NCBI RefSeq assembly: GCF_006345805.1
Contig: NC_043003.1
Span: 72,416,001-72,480,000, forward strand
Source of the DNA: Octopus sinensis
Lineage: Eukaryota
Direction: 5' to 3'
Length of the DNA stretch: 64,000 bases
The notes under the pieces were generated by a model, which made no database searches, had not been told where the DNA came from, and saw only the letters and a list, made by a program, of their open reading frames with translations. This document shows positions 59,215 to 64,000 of this stretch, piece by piece. The first letter of the stretch is position 1; each line of letters opens with the position of its first letter. The position numbers and the translations under genes are program-made.

Positions 59215-59443
59215 TATGTGTGTGTTGTGTTGCTGTGTATGTGTTCATTCCACACCACCGCTTGACGACCGGTGTTGGCGTGTTTACGACCCCGTAATAT
59301 TACGGGTCGGCAAAAGAAACCAATAGAATAAAAAATATCAAACTTTAAAAAATACTGGGGTCGATTTATTCGACTAAGATTCTTCAAGGCGGTGCCCCAG
59401 CGTGGCCATAGTCTAATAACTAAAACAAATAGAAAATAAGAAA
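59215..59443 (+). mobile_element. SINE family A, 3' half
   Basis: Family A tail sequence. Confidence 0.8.
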
Positions 59444-60252
59444 TATACAAGCATATATATATATATATTATATATATATATGTTTTCTCTCTGTATAAGG
59501 AGAGAGAGACAGAAAGAGACAGTGGTGATTACTTATCTATATCTTTTATCGTTATCTTTTACATTTTCTTGGTTTCATACGGCCATTCTGGGGCATATTC
59601 TTGAGGGGTTTAATCGAGGAAATCGAACCCAGTACTTCTATTTTTAAATCTGGTACTTTTACCGAACCGCGTGCACGCAAACATACACACACATACAGAG
59701 TCGCTCACACACTCAGATAAACACTCATTTACACACACTGGGACACCTACACAAATGCACAAACACACACGGGCGCGCGCATATATATTTTCTAAGAACA
59801 GTTTGACTCGTTTTCATGTGACTTAAAGTTTCGTAGGCGCGTAGGTCTCGCCCATCTCATCAGACATAATTAGACGCGCCCATCAAATTTTAAGTTATAC
59901 GGAAGTGAGTCAAACTGTTATGTAACTCCTACCTAATGTGTTGAGTACTACCCACTCGTGTGTGTGTGTGTGTGTTTGTGCAATGTGCCGCGTAGTAGAC
60001 TTAGCTAAGTAGACTTAGCTCAAATTCCTGTAAATTGCAAAATAGGCTTTTTAACCATAGAAACCACTCCAGTACGCTCGTGCATATATTTGTGTGCGTG
60101 TGTGTGTGTATACGTGTATGTACGTATGTATATACGTACGTACGTACGTACGTATGTATGTATGTATGCATGTACACACCTAAGTGTGAATATATACATA
60201 TTTATATGAAAGTATATATGTATATATTATACATGTTTTCTCGTATTCATCT

Positions 60253-60490
60253 ATCTTTTACTTTTACCTGTTTCTGTCATTAGACTGCGGTCATACTGGG
60301 GCACCGCCTTGAGCAATTTTAGTCGAAGGAATCGAGCCCAGCACTTGTTTTTTTTCAAAGTTTGGTACTTATTCTTCTTATCTGCTTTGCCAAACTACTA
60401 GGTTACGAGGACGTAAACACACCAACATCGGTTTTCAAGCGGTGATGTGGGCCAAACACAGACACGAGAAGACACACATACAAACTCACA

Positions 60491-60541
<51 letters not shown>

Positions 60542-60722
60542 CGTGTACAACAGGCTTCTTTCAGTCTCCGTCTACCAAATCCAGTCGCACAAATCCACTC
60601 ACAAGGCTTTTGCCGGTCCGAAACTATAGTAGTGAACAATTGCCCAATGTGCCACGCATTGAGACTGAACCCGGAGCCATGTGATTGGAAAGCAGACTTC
60701 TTTACCATATAGTCACCCCTGT
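60253..60722 (-). mobile_element. SINE family A, diverged
   Basis: Reverse complement of family A. Confidence 0.85.
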
Positions 60723-61219
60723 ACTAACCTATCTTAAATAATTTTTGTTATAGGCAGTCGTTCAGTGGCAGAAAACGAATGATAATCCAAAAACAAAGTA
60801 TATAAAGACTGTTACACAATAGTATTAAATTATGTTTTTTAAATATTTATATGCAAATATGGGAGTTCGTTTATATATCTGTGAAGCAGGTGTATTTGTA
60901 TGAATGGCTCAGAACGAATTGTATAATTTCTATTTAGTTATATATATGTATGTTTACCTGTGCGTCTTCACGTGCAGATGTTAGTCCCAACGCACACCTG
61001 CCCTAAATGTTGAAAGGAAAACAACTTATGTTTTGAAATACTCTAACTTCCATTCGTTCATATATTTCAAATTTTGTAGCACAATTAACAACCTATTGAA
61101 ACTGAATCTTCTATTGCCCTCTTCACATCCTAAATACCGCAGGGCCTTCCATTTTAGTAGTTGTCATGATACTCGAATAAATTGTCATTTTTAAATATAT
61201 ATTAAAAATCACGCATATA

Positions 61220-61265
<46 letters not shown>

Positions 61266-61281
61266 CACATACACTTACATG

Positions 61282-61317
<36 letters not shown>

Positions 61318-61457
61318 CTGAGACAGAGAGAGAGAGAAAGAAAGTGAAGGAGTATTCAACTAGCGAGCGGTGTGGCATTATGTATATATATTTACACTCA
61401 CACACACACACATACACACATACACAAACAAACAAATACACACACACACACACAAAC

Positions 61458-62560
61458 AAGAGTTGTCCCAAAAGTAATTCAAGAAGTGAGCGTGATTTTT
61501 TTCGGTTAACTGACATAGATCTTTCAAATGTTATATGTTGGAGAATTGGAAGAGTTACTCTTCCTCTATACTACCTCTTCATTGCAGATAAATAATGGGC
61601 TCCAATTTGAAGCAACCTACCATCATTGTGTTCATGACGGAGGTAGTAGTGGGGAAGGCTGTCCTAAATCCAGAAAAGGCTACAGATTGTTTACCAAGAT
61701 ACCACTATTAACAAAAACAATGTGCATAGATGATTGAAGAAGGTTAAAGAAGGAAGCTAGCATTTAATACAAAACACTCAGTGGAAGACGATTAACAGAC
61801 ACGGTTGATCAGGTAGTTGGCGAATTGATTAGTGTAGAGAGATAAATCACGATCCGTGCGTCTGTTGGACAACTGGAATCTGGTCAATGTGCACTACAAA
61901 AGATGGTAGAAAGTGGTGAAATACTCTAAGTATTGGAAGCTGTAAACAAAGTGGATAGCTCAGCAGTTGACATTCGATTTGTCGGAGAGAAGCTTGAACG
62001 TCTGATCTGATGAATGCGTTGGAACCAACGAATACATGTTTTTCTCGACTCGGTGACAGGACATGAAACGTAGATGTATTTTCATGACTCAAAAATGAAG
62101 GTCAGTCCATCAGTCTACAGCATGGCGTCACGCCTCTTCTTCAAAGCTCAAAAGTCAGTGATCGATACAAGATGTCATGGTAACTACTTTGGAGGATGAT
62201 ATAGTTGTCATTCTCTTCAATTTTCAGAAACGTGTCTGTACTGTGAACAGCAAGCGATGCATTAAAACATTTAAAAGCCTAGAAAAGCCATTATGAGGAA
62301 GAGACAGAACAAGAAAGTGAAAACTATATACATTCACCATTACAAAACGTAACCACACCATCTTTGGCAATACATTAGTTGTCTCCATCCACGAGACGGC
62401 CTGGAACTGGAACTCCTCTGCATCCACCTGCTCAGTCCAATAAAGGCCAGTCATCAAGGGTAACGATTTGATGATACAAACGAGTGGAAGAAATTGTGAA
62501 GACGCGGGAGCAATAGTGCAAGTATAAATTTATTGAAAGAGAGTTCGAGATATGGGTTCA
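61458..62560 (+). mobile_element. Highly decayed mariner
   Basis: VTGHET..YFHD..K.QS (degenerate VTGDETW) and an HPPYSPDL-like remnant near 62385. Confidence 0.55.
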
Positions 62561-63789
62561 GTGATGGTTCACATGTTTCACTTGTGATGGAGACTATGTT
62601 GAGAGGTACTTTTTGTAGAGGTACTAGTACTCTATCAACACGTACAATTTGAACGAACTGTAATAGTTAATAGAAAAGTTATGCATATAGGCTTATACAT
62701 ATGCGTTTACTCGCACACTCTACACATGCGCACTTACATATACAGATATATTTATATGTGGGTAAAAGTTTACAGTGTGCCATAATAAAATTGCGAAAAC
62801 AAATTACAAAAGAGATAACAACAAAAAAGTGAACAAGTAAAATCCCTTCATCAGCTGCCAGTTATATATCTATGTAATCTCCATACCTTTTGACTGTCCT
62901 CGTCTCCTAGTGGTGTCAGTAGCATTGAAATCACGAAATTACAAAACAAAACAAAACAAAAAAATTATGAGTTTACATGAAATTTACAGAATAAGATGAT
63001 GACAGGCAAATTACAAGACAAAACAAGGAATACAAAAGGTCTTTCAACTGGAATGAAAACGGTCAGCAAGATATGGAGTAACGCAGAGAAGAAAATTATT
63101 TTGGGACTTACAACCTGAACATAAGTACAGAAACCAAGAATAACGTGAAGAACGACAGAAGGCTACATCCGACACATGCTGATGGCCAAGTGAGTAGAAT
63201 ATTATGGTAAGTGTAACTGGTGTGCGAGCAGCAATTTCCCATAAACCGTACGAGGGACCAACGTAACTAACTCTGCATAACCGAATTACAAAGTCCTTTA
63301 TTACTCTAGGAAGCGGCACATTTTGCGAAATTATAGAATTTATCGTTATTTTACCATGGGGAGTGCAACTCGTTCTCATAGTTAAGAACAATAAACGCAG
63401 TACGTTTATTGTTTTAACTATGTAAATCCTTACATAGGGCCTAGGTTTTTTTATATTAAGTATTAAAAACTTCGAATCAAGTGTATCATAATTTCCAGGA
63501 AATATACAGTAATTTAACGGTAGTCCTGTAATCCTTGACTAACTCAGAGCCTTAGAAGAAGGATTTTGTTTACAGTCACCGGACATAAGGTATATAGGAT
63601 TACACTCCCAGAGCCTACGCTCTCTGAGCCATCGCTTCAGGTTCACCCTTAATAAGGCCGGTGATAGTAAATGCACTGGTCACCAAATTTACAGTGTTTT
63701 CGTTGTTTTCTATTCTCTGTACTAAGCCATTTGTCCCCCTCTTGCCAAAATAAAGAGTCTTATCCTTCTAGAATGTGCTAGTCTTTGTA

Positions 63790-63958
63790 CGAAGAGGTGC
63801 TGAAAAGTTCCTGGCTTTAGGTAAACGGATCTGTTAATTATGATTTTATTCAACATGTCCTCCTCTGACATTCACACACTTATTGCAACGGCCCTTGCGT
63901 TTTTCTCATCCCTGTAAAAGAACACCCTTAAAACCAGGAACTTTTCAGCATCCCCTCG
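63790..63958. mobile_element. Mariner-type MITE, 169 bp
   Basis: TIRs CGAAGAGGTGCTGAAAAGTTCCTGG / CCAGGAACTTTTCAGCATCCCCTCG with TA TSD. Confidence 0.88.
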
Positions 63959-64000
63959 TACACACATACACACTTTCTCTGTCTCTGTCTGTCTCTCTCT

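Overview
This is AT-rich, microsatellite-dense animal non-coding DNA (intergenic or intronic). The SINE families and repeat style suggest an octopus or other coleoid cephalopod; this is inferred from recall, not from a search. No host protein-coding exon could be supported, and most listed ORFs are translated microsatellites. The window is a mosaic of decayed mobile elements: many tRNA-derived SINEs, an RTE-clade LINE with a ~73-75 bp target-site duplication, an R4/Dong-like LINE, three Penelope-like (PLE) remnants, several Tc1/mariner elements and MITEs, hAT pieces, Helitron and Helentron-type pieces, and a Chapaev3-like element. The most notable signal is a set of short non-coding elements carrying type I hammerhead ribozyme (HHR) motifs, mostly lodged in (TA)n tracts. 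These are a 547-bp head-to-tail dimer with one HHR per unit (retrozyme-like, 8631-9720), a near-perfect 585-bp palindrome with an HHR on each arm (45978-46562), a tRNA-headed element with an HHR (53901-54410), and further solo or variant motifs. Ribozyme folds were derived by eye; activity is untested.
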